The notes beneath the pieces are model-generated. The model was not told the DNA's origin. It was given only the letters and a program-made list of their open reading frames with translations, and did not search any database. Made by a program: the position numbers and the translations under genes. From an uncultured bacterium (GTDB lineage Bacteria; Actinomycetota; Thermoleophilia; Solirubrobacterales; 70-9), in assembly GCA_963696945.1 (NCBI GenBank), contig CAVOME010000008.1, positions 69,767-133,766 on the forward strand: a stretch of DNA of 64,000 nt, given 5' to 3'. This document shows positions 9,675-19,791 of the stretch, piece by piece; the first letter of the stretch is position 1, and each line of letters opens with the position of its first letter.

Positions 9675-10676
9675 ATGAACTTCGACTTCAACGACGAGCA
9701 GCGCGAGATCAAGTCGACCGCCCGCGAGTTTCTCGCCTCGCGTTTTGCGCCCGAGAAGGTCCGCGAGCTCGCCGAGTCCGACAGCCCCTACGACGACGGT
9801 CTGTGGGGCGAGATCTGCGAGCTCGGATGGGCCGGCATCGCGCTTTCCGAGGAGCACGGCGGCCAGGGCCTCGGCACGGTCGAGGCGGTGATCCTCGCCG
9901 AGGAGATGGGCTACGCGCTGGCGCCCTTCGCCCTGGATCTCGAACCTCTCGGCGGGCGTCTTCATCGAGCAGGCGGGCAGCGACGAGCAGCGCGCCAAGT
10001 GGCTCCCCGGGATCGCTTCAGGGGCCGAGCGCGCCGCCGCCGCCTTCACGCCCGACGACGAGCCGGTGGTCGGCGCCGCCGCCGGCGCGTCGGTCCTGGT
10101 CTTGAACGAAGGCGACGGAGCGAAGCTCGTCGAGCCCGATGACGCCGAGCTCGAGCGCCTCGACCTGATCGACACTACGCGCGCCTACTACCGCGCCAGC
10201 GCGTCCGGCGGCGATTCGCTCCCCGGGGACGTCGAGGAGGCCGTGGAGACGATCGGTGGTCGTCCTGGCCGCCGAGCTGGTCGGGGTGGCGGCGCGAGCC
10301 CTGGAGATGGCGGTCGCCTACGCAAAGGAGCGCGAGCAGTTCGATCGCCCGATCGGCGCCTACCAGGCCGTCTCGCACCGGCTCGCCGAGATGCTCTGGG
10401 ACGTCGAGGAGTCGCGCTCGCTCGCCTACTACGCCGGCTGGACCGCGGATGCGCAGCCGGAGTCGCTGCCCGCTGGCCGCCTCGATGGCGAAGGCTCGCG
10501 CCTCCGACGCGGCGACCTCGGTGACCCACAACGCGATCCAGACCTTCGGCGGCATCGGCTTCACCTGGGAGCACGACGTCCACTTCTTCCTGAAGCGCGC
10601 CCGGGTCAGCGCCCAGCTCCTCGGCACCCCGCGCCAGCATCGGGAGCGGGTCGCCGCGCTGGCGGGGCTGGGCTAG
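9675..10676 (+). pseudogene. Acyl-CoA dehydrogenase with about 3 frame switches (near 9935, 10255 and 10470).
   Basis: The ordered pieces are MNFDFNDEQREIKSTAREFLASRF..GWAGIALSEEHGGQGLG (ORF 9675..10142); VVLAAELVGVAARALEMAVAYAKEREQFDRPIGAYQAVSHRLAEM (ORF 10256..10750); and ATSVTHNAIQTFGGIGFTWEHDVHFFLKRARV (ORF 10449..10676). Confidence 0.8.
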
Positions 10677-10694
10677 CGGGCCTCCGCGTATCGA

Positions 10695-11915
10695 TCAGGG
10701 CTCGAATCTCGCCAGGTACGGATGCGCGGGCGAGGTCGCGAAGCCGGTGAAAGTGCCCCCTGCCCAAACCGATCCATCGGGTCCGTGTGCGAGAGCGGAC
10801 GGACCCTGGTCGGGTCCCGGGTCCCATCCATTCGCTGTGCCCGTGGCGCGATCCAACCCGGCGAGCCTGTTGCGCGGCTGTCCGCCGATCTGGTCGAAGA
10901 TGCCGCTTGCGTACACAGTTTGGCCGGACACCAGGAGCTCGTAGACCCTCGCCCCCACGTCCGCGTCCGGGAACTCCGGATGGGGATTCCAGCTCGTCGG
11001 TGCGCCCGTGGCCGAATCGACGGCGGCAATGCTGATGCGCGGGGCGCCTCCCATCCGGTTGAAGTATCCGCCTGCGTAGATAGTCGAGCCCGCGACCCGG
11101 ATGGAGGCGACGTAGGGCGGGTGGTGGATGTCGAAATACGGCGGATGCCCGGTGAACACGCCGTCCGGGTGGGGGTTCCAGGGGGTCGCGTCGCCTGTCG
11201 TCGCGTTCAGCGCGGCGATCAGGTGACGATTCTTCCCTCCGACGTGGTCGAAGTATCCGCCGACGTAGACCGTCGACCCCGACACGCGGAGGTCGAAGAT
11301 CTGCGGCGTGGGGAAGGCATCGGTCGAGTCGATCTTCGGATCCGGTTTCCATGCGGTCGCGGCCCCCGTGGATCGGCTCAGGGCAGCGAGATAGGGACGC
11401 GCCTTGCCGCCGATCGACGCGAACTGGCCCCCGACGTAGAGACGGGTCCCCGAAGCGGCGAGCGCGGAGATCCCGGGGAATCCATTCGGCCCTCTAGTCG
11501 GTTTCGGATTCCACGGGGTGGCGCCGCCGTCGCTGGGGCGGAGCGCCGCGAGGACCCTGCGGGATTTCCCGCCGATCGAGGTGAACAAGCCGCTCGCATA
11601 GATCGCCGACGGGGTCGGCGCGATGCGGTAGACGGGGCCGTTGGCTCCCGGGTTCCATCCCTTCAGGGCGCCGGTCTGTGGGTCCAGGGCGGCGATGTGC
11701 CTGCGGGTCTTGCCATCGATCTGCGTGAACCCTCCCCCGATGTAGATCGCGTGCGGTGTGGGGGCGATGGCCCAGACCGGCCCATTCGGCTCCACCCCCG
11801 TGGTCGGCGTCGAGTCGAGCGCCAGGGCCGGCGAGCTCAGCAGGGTGAAGAGCGCGAAGCCTACGGCGGGCGCAGCTGCCCGGGTGACTCGTCCGTCGAA
11901 ACCGACCCTCGCAAT
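10695..11915 (-). CDS. Secreted beta-propeller repeat protein built from repeats of about 50 aa. The start is unresolved.
   Basis: ORF 10695..11795 has at least 7 repeats of the form Y.GG.F..IGG..R..LAALD..TG....WNP. In-frame upstream sequence encodes a signal-peptide-like RVTRAAAPAVGFALFTLLSSPALALD, but no ATG, GTG or TTG precedes it. Confidence 0.6.
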   Translation of the reverse strand: MARVGFDGRVTRAAAPAVGFALFTLLSSPALALDSTPTTGVEPNGPVWAIAPTPHAIYIGGGFTQIDGKTRRHIAALDPQTGALKGWNPGANGPVYRIAPTPSAIYASGLFTSIGGKSRRVLAALRPSDGGATPWNPKPTRGPNGFPGISALAASGTRLYVGGQFASIGGKARPYLAALSRSTGAATAWKPDPKIDSTDAFPTPQIFDLRVSGSTVYVGGYFDHVGGKNRHLIAALNATTGDATPWNPHPDGVFTGHPPYFDIHHPPYVASIRVAGSTIYAGGYFNRMGGAPRISIAAVDSATGAPTSWNPHPEFPDADVGARVYELLVSGQTVYASGIFDQIGGQPRNRLAGLDRATGTANGWDPGPDQGPSALAHGPDGSVWAGGTFTGFATSPAHPYLARFEP

Positions 11916-12049
11916 CGACGCGGTCCCCGACGCCAGGCGATGAAGGAGGCTGGAGACGAAACGACCGAGGATCAGGCCAGGGTACCCGACTCGGATGCGT
12001 GCGGGTCAACCGTCGAGGACCCGTTCGTGCGGCCGTCAGGTCGCCGAGG

Positions 12050-12364
12050 TCAGTCGGGAAGGATCCGCACGTCCGAGGCGAGCTTGGTCTCGCCGCGAAG
12101 CTGGTACTCGACGTCGACCGTCTCGTGCTTTCGGTAGGTGCCGAACAGGCCGAGGAACATCGCCAGGTAGCGCGCCCGACCGACCTGCTCCTTGACGATC
12201 TGGCGATTGAAGACGATCTCGCCTCCCCGCAGCTCGTAGTCGGTGCCCTCGTGCTGGACGATCCCGTTCACGTAGACGACGATCGGCGGCTCGGCGCCGG
12301 ACGGCAGGCGAACGCGCCGCCCGGCGGCGATGCTGCCCTTCGGGATCTCGCCCTCGCCGCTCAT
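12050..12364 (-). CDS. Hypothetical small protein (104 aa).
   Basis: MSGEGEIPKGSIAAGRRVRLPSG..VVYVNGIVQHEGTDYELRGGEIVF..VDVEYQLRGE. Third-position GC is high. Its ATG overlaps the upstream stop (ATGA at 12361..12364). Confidence 0.5.
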   Translation of the reverse strand: MSGEGEIPKGSIAAGRRVRLPSGAEPPIVVYVNGIVQHEGTDYELRGGEIVFNRQIVKEQVGRARYLAMFLGLFGTYRKHETVDVEYQLRGETKLASDVRILPD

Positions 12365-12671
12365 CCGAGCGCCTCGCGAACCGCGTCGAAGGGGGTCTCG
12401 CCGTCGGGCTCGAGCCGTCGCTTTCGGACCACGCCCGCATAGGGCACCAGCGAACCGTCTCCCATCACGTCGATCCCCGCCTCGCGCCCGCGCAGGAGCC
12501 CACCGGTCGAGATCTCGATGCGCGCGTGGACCCGTTGGTCCGGCTCGTAGTCGCGCAGTGCGTTGATCCCGTCGAGCGGCCCCTCGGACCGAATCTCGCG
12601 AACCCGCCTCTCCATCGCGCCGATGGCCTCGTCGAGATCGTCGAAGCTCTCCTTGTCGACCGAGGCGCCAT
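12361..12671 (-). pseudogene. Hypothetical small protein. A likely frame switch lies just after the ATG at 12671.
   Basis: The clear coding frame reads VDKESFDDLDEAIGAMERRVREIRSEGPLDGINALRDYEPDQRVHARIEISTGG..ETPFDAVREALG (tail of ORF 12361..13929). The only nearby start (ATG 12671) is in another frame. Confidence 0.4.
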
Positions 12672-12709
12672 GCCGGACGGTGAGCGTGGTAGCTCGCCAC
12701 CCGGTGGAG

Positions 12710-12742
12710 TTACTCCGGCGCCGCGAGCAGCCGGCGGAGTAA
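12710..12742 (-). terminator. Hairpin immediately after the citrate synthase stop. It resembles the head of the R1 repeat.
   Basis: The minus strand reads TGAATTACTCCGCCGGCTGCTCGCGGCGCCGGAGTAA, with stem TTACTCCG(c)CG / CG(c)CGGAGTAA. There is no U-tract. Confidence 0.4.
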
Positions 12743-12743
12743 T

Positions 12744-14144
12744 TCAGGCGCCGCGGCGCTGGCGCTTCGGCCGGCGGGCCGGCGGGCCGGTGATCTTCTC
12801 CGGGCCCTCCCGATCGTCGATCTCGACGTAGTCGCGCTCGCGCTCGCCGACGTAGATCTGGCGGGGCCGGGCGATCTTCTGCTCGGAGTCGTCGTTCATC
12901 TCCATCCACTGCGAGATCCAGCCGGACGTTCGCGGGATCGCGAAGATCACCGTGAACATCTCGGTCGGGATCTGAAGCGCCTCGTAGATGATCCCCGAGT
13001 AGTAGTCGACGTTCGGGTAGAGCTTGCGCGAGGTGAAGTAGTCGTCGTCGAGCGCGCGCTTCTCGAGCTCGCGGGCGATCTCGACCAGCGGGTTGTACTC
13101 CGTGGCCTCGAACACCTCGTCCATGTGCTGCTCGATGATCCGCGCGCGCGGGTCGTAGTTCTTGTAGACCCGGTGGCCGAATCCCATCAGCCGCTCCTCG
13201 CGCTTCTTCACGCCCTCGAGGAAGTCCGGCACGTTCTCCACCGACTCGATCCGCCGCAGCATCCGCAGCACCGCCTCGTTGGCCCCGCCGTGAAGCGGCC
13301 CGTAGAGCGCTGCGACGCCGGCGGCGACCGCCGAATAGGGGTCCACCTGCGAGGAGCCGACCCCGCGCACGGCGTTGGTCGAGCAGTTCTGCTCGTGGTC
13401 GGCGTGGAGGATGAAGAGCACGTCGAGGGCTCGCTCGAGCCGCGGATCGGGCTCGTACTTCGCCTCGGTCTTCTTGAACATCATCGAGAGGAAGTTGCCG
13501 GCGTAGCTCAGGTCGTTGTCCGGGTAGACGTAGGGGAGTCCCATGTTGTGGCGGTAGGCGAAGGCGGCCAGGGTCGGCACCTTGGCGATCAGCCGGATCG
13601 CCGCCATGTAGCGCTCCTCGGGATCGTCGATGTGCTTGGCGTCCGGATAGAAGGTCGACAGCGCGCCGACCCCGGACAGCAGCATTCCCATCGGGTGGGC
13701 GTCGTAGCGGAATGTCTCGAACAGGTTCTTGATGTCCTCGTGGACGAAGGTGTGGTGGGTGACGTCGAACATCCAGCGCTCGAGCTGCGCCTCGGTCGGC
13801 AGCTCGCCGAACACGAGCAGGTAGGCGACCTCGAGATAGCTCGACTGCTCGCAGAGCTGCTCGATCGGGTAGCCGCGATGCTCGAGGACGCCGGCGTCGC
13901 CGTCGATGTAGGTGATCGCCGATCGGCACGACGCCGTGTTCGTGAATGCCGGGTCGTAGGACATCAGGCCGAAGTCGTCCTCGGAGACCTTGATCTGGCG
14001 CAGGTCCATCGCGCGGATCGTCCCGTCGGTCACCTCGAGGTCGTAGGTCTGGCCGGTCCGGTTGTCGGTGATCGTCAGCGTGTCCGTGCCGGCGGCGGCC
14101 ACGGCGCCGTCGCCCTCCTGCTTCGTCTGCTGGTCGGTCGCCAT
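12744..14144 (-). CDS. gltA: Citrate synthase (type II) with an unusual basic C-terminal tail.
   Basis: An intact 466-aa ORF reads ..GYPIEQLCEQSSYLEVAYLLVFGELP..LFILHADHEQNCSTNAVR..GPLHGGANEAV..GFGHRVYKNYDPRA. The tail reads REGPEKITGPPARRPKRQRRGA. Confidence 0.95.
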   Translation of the reverse strand: MATDQQTKQEGDGAVAAAGTDTLTITDNRTGQTYDLEVTDGTIRAMDLRQIKVSEDDFGLMSYDPAFTNTASCRSAITYIDGDAGVLEHRGYPIEQLCEQSSYLEVAYLLVFGELPTEAQLERWMFDVTHHTFVHEDIKNLFETFRYDAHPMGMLLSGVGALSTFYPDAKHIDDPEERYMAAIRLIAKVPTLAAFAYRHNMGLPYVYPDNDLSYAGNFLSMMFKKTEAKYEPDPRLERALDVLFILHADHEQNCSTNAVRGVGSSQVDPYSAVAAGVAALYGPLHGGANEAVLRMLRRIESVENVPDFLEGVKKREERLMGFGHRVYKNYDPRARIIEQHMDEVFEATEYNPLVEIARELEKRALDDDYFTSRKLYPNVDYYSGIIYEALQIPTEMFTVIFAIPRTSGWISQWMEMNDDSEQKIARPRQIYVGERERDYVEIDDREGPEKITGPPARRPKRQRRGA

Positions 14145-14164
14145 CGCCTCTCCTCTGGAGTTTC

Positions 14165-14967
14165 GTGAGTCAACTCAATTCTCGCACCGTCGGCCCGCGG
14201 GCGGTCGTTTCTGGGAGGGTTCGCGCACGAGCACCGTCGAGCGGGTCGGTTCGGAGCGAAAGCGCGGGGCGCTCGACGCTGTTCGACGGGCATCGGCCGA
14301 CGCTACGACCTCGTCGGCGCGCTGCTCAGCTTCGGGCAGGACCCGCGGTGGCGCCGGGCGATGGTCGAGGCCGTGGCGGCCGGCCCGGAGACCGGGTCCT
14401 CGACGTCGCGACCGGCACCGGCCTCGTCGCGCGCCGGCTGGTCTCGACGGTATGGGTGCTCGGTCGTCGGCGATCGACCAAAGCGCCGAGATGCTCGCCG
14501 GGGCGCGACGCGCCCTCGACCGCCGTCCCGAGCTCGCCGCCAGGATCGAGCTGCTCCAGGGAGAGGCCGAGCGGCTTCCGTTCGCCGACCGCGAGTTCGA
14601 CCACCTCACCTTCACCTACCTGCTGCGCTACGTCGACGACCCGGCCGCGACCCTCGCCGAGCTCGCCCGGGTGGTCAAGCCCGGGGGGCGCATCGCGTCG
14701 CTCGAGTTCGGGCTGCCCGATCCGCCGCTGTGGCGGCCGCTGTGGTGGCTCTACACCCGGGTCGGCCTGCCGGTGCTGGGTCGGCCGTTCGGCCGTGACT
14801 GGTACGAGGTCGGCCGCTTCCTCGGGCCGAGCATCGAGGCGCTCTATGAGCGCTGGCCATTGCCCAGCGCCAGGCCGAGCTGTGGGAGAGGGCGGGAATT
14901 TCGCTGATCGATCAGCGTCGCATGAGCCTCGGGGGCGGGGTCGTCATCCACGGTGTCCGCGATGGCT
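14165..14967 (+). pseudogene. Class I SAM-dependent methyltransferase (UbiE/MenG-like) with at least 3 frame switches. The start is uncertain.
   Basis: The pieces are FDGIGRRYDLVGALLSFGQDPRWRRAMVEAVAAGP; DRVLDVATGTGLVARRLV; and IDQSAEMLAGARRAL..LPFADREFDHLTFTYLLRYVDDPAATLAELARVVKPGGRIASLEF. They lie in ORFs 14361..14798, 14165..15064 and 14062..14907. Confidence 0.75.
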
Positions 14968-15712
14968 GACGTCGCGGACCGCCCGGCCTTCTACGCGCTT
15001 CGACCGGGAGGCTGGCGGGACCTGGTCACGATCCTCCACCCTCCGTACACGGCCTGGCATCTGAGCTACGTCGCGTTCGGCGCCGCGGCGGCGCCCGTGC
15101 TCCATGCCGCGCGACTGTGGGCGGCGCTGGGCGCCTTCTTCTTGGGCGTGGGCGTCGCCGCGCACGCGCTCGACGAGCTGCACGGGCATCCGCTTCGGAC
15201 CCGGCTGTCCGATCGGGCCCTCGCCGCCCTGGCCGCGATGGCGCTCGCCGGGGCCGTCGGGATCGGGGTCGCGGGCGTGTTCGTCGTCTCGGTGAGCCTC
15301 GTGCCTTTCGTGGTCGCCGGTGCATTCCTCGTCGTCGCCTACAACCTCGAGCTGTTCGGCGGCCGTTTCCACAGCGATCTTCTGGTTCGCAGCCGCCTGG
15401 GGAGCCTTTCCCGGCCCTGACCAGCTTCTGGGCGAACGCGCTCGGCATCGCACTCGCCCGGCGAGGCCGTGGCGGGCGTCGGAGTCACCTCGGCGTGCTT
15501 CGCGCTCAGCCTCGCGCAGCGCCGCCTGTCGACTCCGGTCCGCGAGCTTCGCCGCCGCGACAGCCTCGGTGAGCGGCGAGCAGCGCCTGGCGGACGGCAC
15601 CACTCGAGAGCTGACCGCGGCGAGGCTCGCCGCGCCGCTGGACGGCGCGCTGAGGGCGATCTCGGCATCGCTCGTCCTGCTCGCGGTCGCGCTGGTCGCG
15701 ATTCGCCTCTGA
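14953..15712 (+). pseudogene. Hypothetical polytopic membrane protein with at least 1-2 frame switches.
   Basis: ORF 14953..15420 reads ..LVTILHPPYTAWHLSYVAFGAAAAPVL..FFLGVGVAAHALDELHGHPL..VVSVSLVPFVVAGAFLVVAYNLELFGGRFHSD. It continues in ORF 15320..15712 (FWFAAAWGAFP..ISASLVLLAVALVAIRL). The start overlaps the methyltransferase stop. Confidence 0.4.
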
Positions 15713-15731
15713 CCCCGAGCCGCGCCCGGGA

Positions 15732-16651
<920 letters not shown>

Positions 16652-16791
16652 GGCCGTGCATCCTAAGAGCCCGAACGCCCTGACGCTCCTGAGCTCATGA
16701 ATATCTTGCGGGCGCCTTCGGCGCCCTGACACGCCTGTTTCGGAGCTAAAGCTCCTCATCTCATACCTCGGGCGATAGCGTTCGAGGCGAG

Positions 16792-18745
16792 ATGGCCGAG
16801 TCGGCGAAGGGGCATCGGGCCGGGGCGCGGGCCGCCGGCCCCGAGCTTTCACGCGATCGGCGACTACGGCTTCCTCTCCGACTGCCACACGGGGGCGCTT
16901 GTGGCCTCGGACGGGACGGTCGAGTGGCTGTGCCTGCCGCGGTTCGACTCGCCGAGCGTGTTCGCGGCTCTGCTCGACCGCGGCGCGGGCGCCTTCCGGC
17001 TCGGGCCGACCGACCTGCGGGCGCCGGTCGCGCGGCGCTACGTGCCGGGCTCGAACGTGCTCGAGACGAGCTGGATGACCAAGACCGGCTGGATGATCGT
17101 CCACGACGCCCTCGTACTGGCTGCCGCGGAGCGAGGAGGACGGCGAGAGCGTGCGCGCCCGCGAGCTGGGGCGCTCAGGACGCCGAGCACATGCTGATGC
17201 GCACGGTCGAGTGCGTCCACGGGAGCATCGAGGTCGAAGCCGATCTGCGAGCCCGCCTTCGACTACGCGACCGAGGAGGCGAGCTGGAAGCTCGTCGACA
17301 AGGAGGGGCTCGCCGCGGACGCCAGCGGCGGCGGGGAGACGCTGCGGCTGCTCGGCGACATCCCCCTCGAGATCGACGGCCCGGTCGCCCACGGGGTGAC
17401 GCACCCTCGAGACCGGCGAGCGCGCCTTCGTCGTGCCTGTCGTGGCGCGAGGAGCTGAGCGGGCCCGGTGACGCCGACGAGGCCGGGATTGCATCCAGGG
17501 AACGGTCAACCTGTGGCGCAGCGCTGGCTGGAGCGCGGCAACGTTCGCCGACCACCCGTGGCGCTGGACCCTTCAGCGGTCCGCGCTCGCGCTCAAGGGA
17601 TTGACCTACGAGCCGACCGGCGCGATGGTCGCCGCCCTGACCACCTCACTCCCGGAGACGCCGGGCGGGGAGCGGAACTGGGACTACCGCTACACCTGGA
17701 TCAGGGACGCGAGCTTCACGCTCTGGAGCCTGCACGTGATCGGCTTCGATCAGGAGGCGCGCGAGTTCATGGAGTTCGTCTCGCACCTCTGCCATGGGCG
17801 AGGGCCCCGAGACGCAGATCATGTTCGGGATCGGGGGCGAGACCGAGCTCACCGAGACGCACGCTCGATCACCTGGACGGCTACGTCTGCTCGAAGCCGG
17901 TCCGGGTCGGCAACGCCGCCTACAAGCAGCGCCAGAACGACGTCTACGGGGCCCTCCTCGACTCGATCTACATTCACTCCAAGACCCGGGAGGGGGTGCC
18001 CGAGGACGATGGCGCCGATCGTCCTCGAGCAGGCGGAGGCGGCCGCGGAGGCCTGGCGCCTGCCCGACCAGGGGATCTGGGAGGCTCGCGGCGAGCCGAA
18101 GCACTACGTGTCCTCGAAGCTGATGTGCTGGGTGGCGCTCGATCGCGCCGCCCGGCTGGCGCGCGATTATCAGCGAGGCGAGCTGGCCGACCGCTGGCGA
18201 GCCGGAGGCCAAGGCCGATCCGCGCCGACATCCTGGAGCACGGGGTCAGCGATCGGGGTGTGTTCCGCCAGCACTACGAGACCGACGCGCTCGACGCCTC
18301 GCTGCTCCTGATCCCGCTGGTCCGCTTCCTGCCCGCCGGCGACGAGCGGGTGCGCGCCACGGTGCTCGCGATCGCCGACGAGCTCACCGAGCACGGGCTG
18401 GTGCTCCGCTACCACGTCGACGAGACCGAGGACGGCCTCACCGGCAAGGAGGGGACGTTCACGATCTGCTCGTTCTGGCTGGTCTCGGCGCTGTCGGAGA
18501 TCGGCGAGCGAGAGCGGGCTCGAAAGCTCTGCGCGCGGGTGCTCACCCATGGGACGCCGCTCGGGCTCTTCGGCGAGGAGATCGAGGCGATGAGCGGAGC
18601 TCAGCTCGGCAACTTCCCGCAGGCCTTCACGCATCTGGCGCTGATCAACGCGGTCTCGCACGTGATCGCCGACGAGCAGCTCGGCGAGCGCGAGAAGCCG
18701 AGCGCCGTGTTCACCGAGATGCGCGCCGCGGGCGCAGCCGGGTAA
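16792..18745 (+). pseudogene. Glycoside hydrolase family 15 (glucoamylase/trehalase-like) with at least 8 frame switches.
   Basis: The pieces are ASDGTVEWLCLPRFDSPSVFAALLDRGAGAFRLGP..SNVLETSWMTKTGW; LTYEPTGAMVAALTTSLPETPGGERNWDYRYTWIRDASFTLWSL; VRVGNAAYKQRQNDVYGALLDSIY; and GIWEARGEPKHYVSSKLMCWVALDRA. The intact C-terminal third reads ..LVLRYHVDETEDGLTGKEGTFTICSFWLVSAL..GNFPQAFTHLALINA. They lie in ORFs 16901, 17601, 17468 and 17794. Confidence 0.8.
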
Positions 18746-18748
18746 CCG

Positions 18749-18773
18749 CCGAGCCGAGGCGCTCGCGGCTCGG
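18749..18773 (+). terminator. Hairpin downstream of the GH15 gene.
   Basis: CCGAGCCG-aggcgctcg-CGGCTCGG is followed by TT. This is an 8-bp perfect stem. Confidence 0.35.
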
Positions 18774-18829
18774 TTGGGGCCGCGTGGTCGGGGCCGGCCG
18801 CGCCCGGCCGGCCGTACACTGCGGCAGCC

Positions 18830-19791
18830 ATGCGTGCGATCCAGCTCGAGGAGTTCGGCGGCCCGACGCGATGCAGCTCGCCGAGCTGCCCGATCCCGGA
18901 GCCCGCCGAGGGGGAGGTCGTCGTTGACGTCTCCCGCGCCGGGATCAACTTCGCCGACACCCACGCGACGAGGAACGATTACCTGGCGGCAAGCAGGAGC
19001 TGCCGCTGATTCCCGGCGGCGAGGTGGCGGGCCGGACCCCCGACGGCCGTCGGGTCGCGGCGCTCGTGGCGAGCGGCGGCTACGCGGAGAAGGTCGCCGT
19101 GCCCGAGGCGGTTCTCGTCCCCGTGCCCGGACGAGGTCTCCGACGAGCAGGCGGCGGCGCTGCTTGCTGCAGGGCCTCACGGCACGCAGCCTGCTCCGCG
19201 ACTTCCGCCCGGCTCGAGCACGGCGAGTCGGTGGTCGTCCAGGCCGCGGCGGGGCGGCACCGGCTCACTGGCGGTGCAGCTCGCGAAGCGCATGGGCGCG
19301 GGCCGCGTGATCGCCCTCGCGTCGTCGGAGGACAAACGGGAGCTCGCGCTTCGCCTGGGCGCGGATGCCGCCGTCGACTCGCGCGCGGATGATCTCGAGG
19401 CGGCGATCCTCGAGGCCAACGCGGGGAGAGCCGGTGGACGTCGTGCTCGAGATGAGCGGGCGGCGAAGCGTTCGAGGCGTGCCTGGCGGCGCTGGCTCCG
19501 TTCGGTCGCCTGGTCACGTACGGACTCGCCTCGCGCGAGCCGGTGGAGATTCGAAACGTCGACCTGATGCGGACCAGCCGCGCAGTGGTCGGCTTCTGGC
19601 TCATGCACCTGTTCGGGCGCCCGCGAGGAGCTCCGCGCGGGGATCGCGGAGCTGCTCGGGGCGGTCGCCAAGCGGCGAGCTCGAGGTCGTGATCGGCGAG
19701 CACCTACCCGCTCTCGGAGGCACGCCGCGCGCACGAGGAGATCGCCGCGCGGACGACGCACGGCAAGCTGCTCCTGGACCCCACTCAGTGA
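18830..19791 (+). pseudogene. NADPH:quinone oxidoreductase / zinc-type alcohol dehydrogenase family, with many frame switches.
   Basis: The pieces are MRAIQLEEFGGP; GEVAGRTPDGRRVAALVASGGYAEKVAVPEAVLVPVP (ORF 19024..19392); and VQLAKRMGAGRVIALASSEDKRELALRLGADAAVDSRADDLEAAILEAN (ORF 19274..19567). The C-terminus reads [17 protein letters not shown] -10-like box lies 9 nt before the ATG. Confidence 0.7.

Noticed and set aside
12465-12671. ORF 12465..12671 (MAPRSTRRASTIS..) as the real product of the gene downstream of gltA.
   Set aside because: Its frame has lower third-position GC and an Arg/Ser/Thr-rich low-complexity translation. The neighbouring frame (VDKESFDDLDEAIGAMERRVREIR..) has clear coding character, so only the ATG is probably shared, with a frame change just after it.
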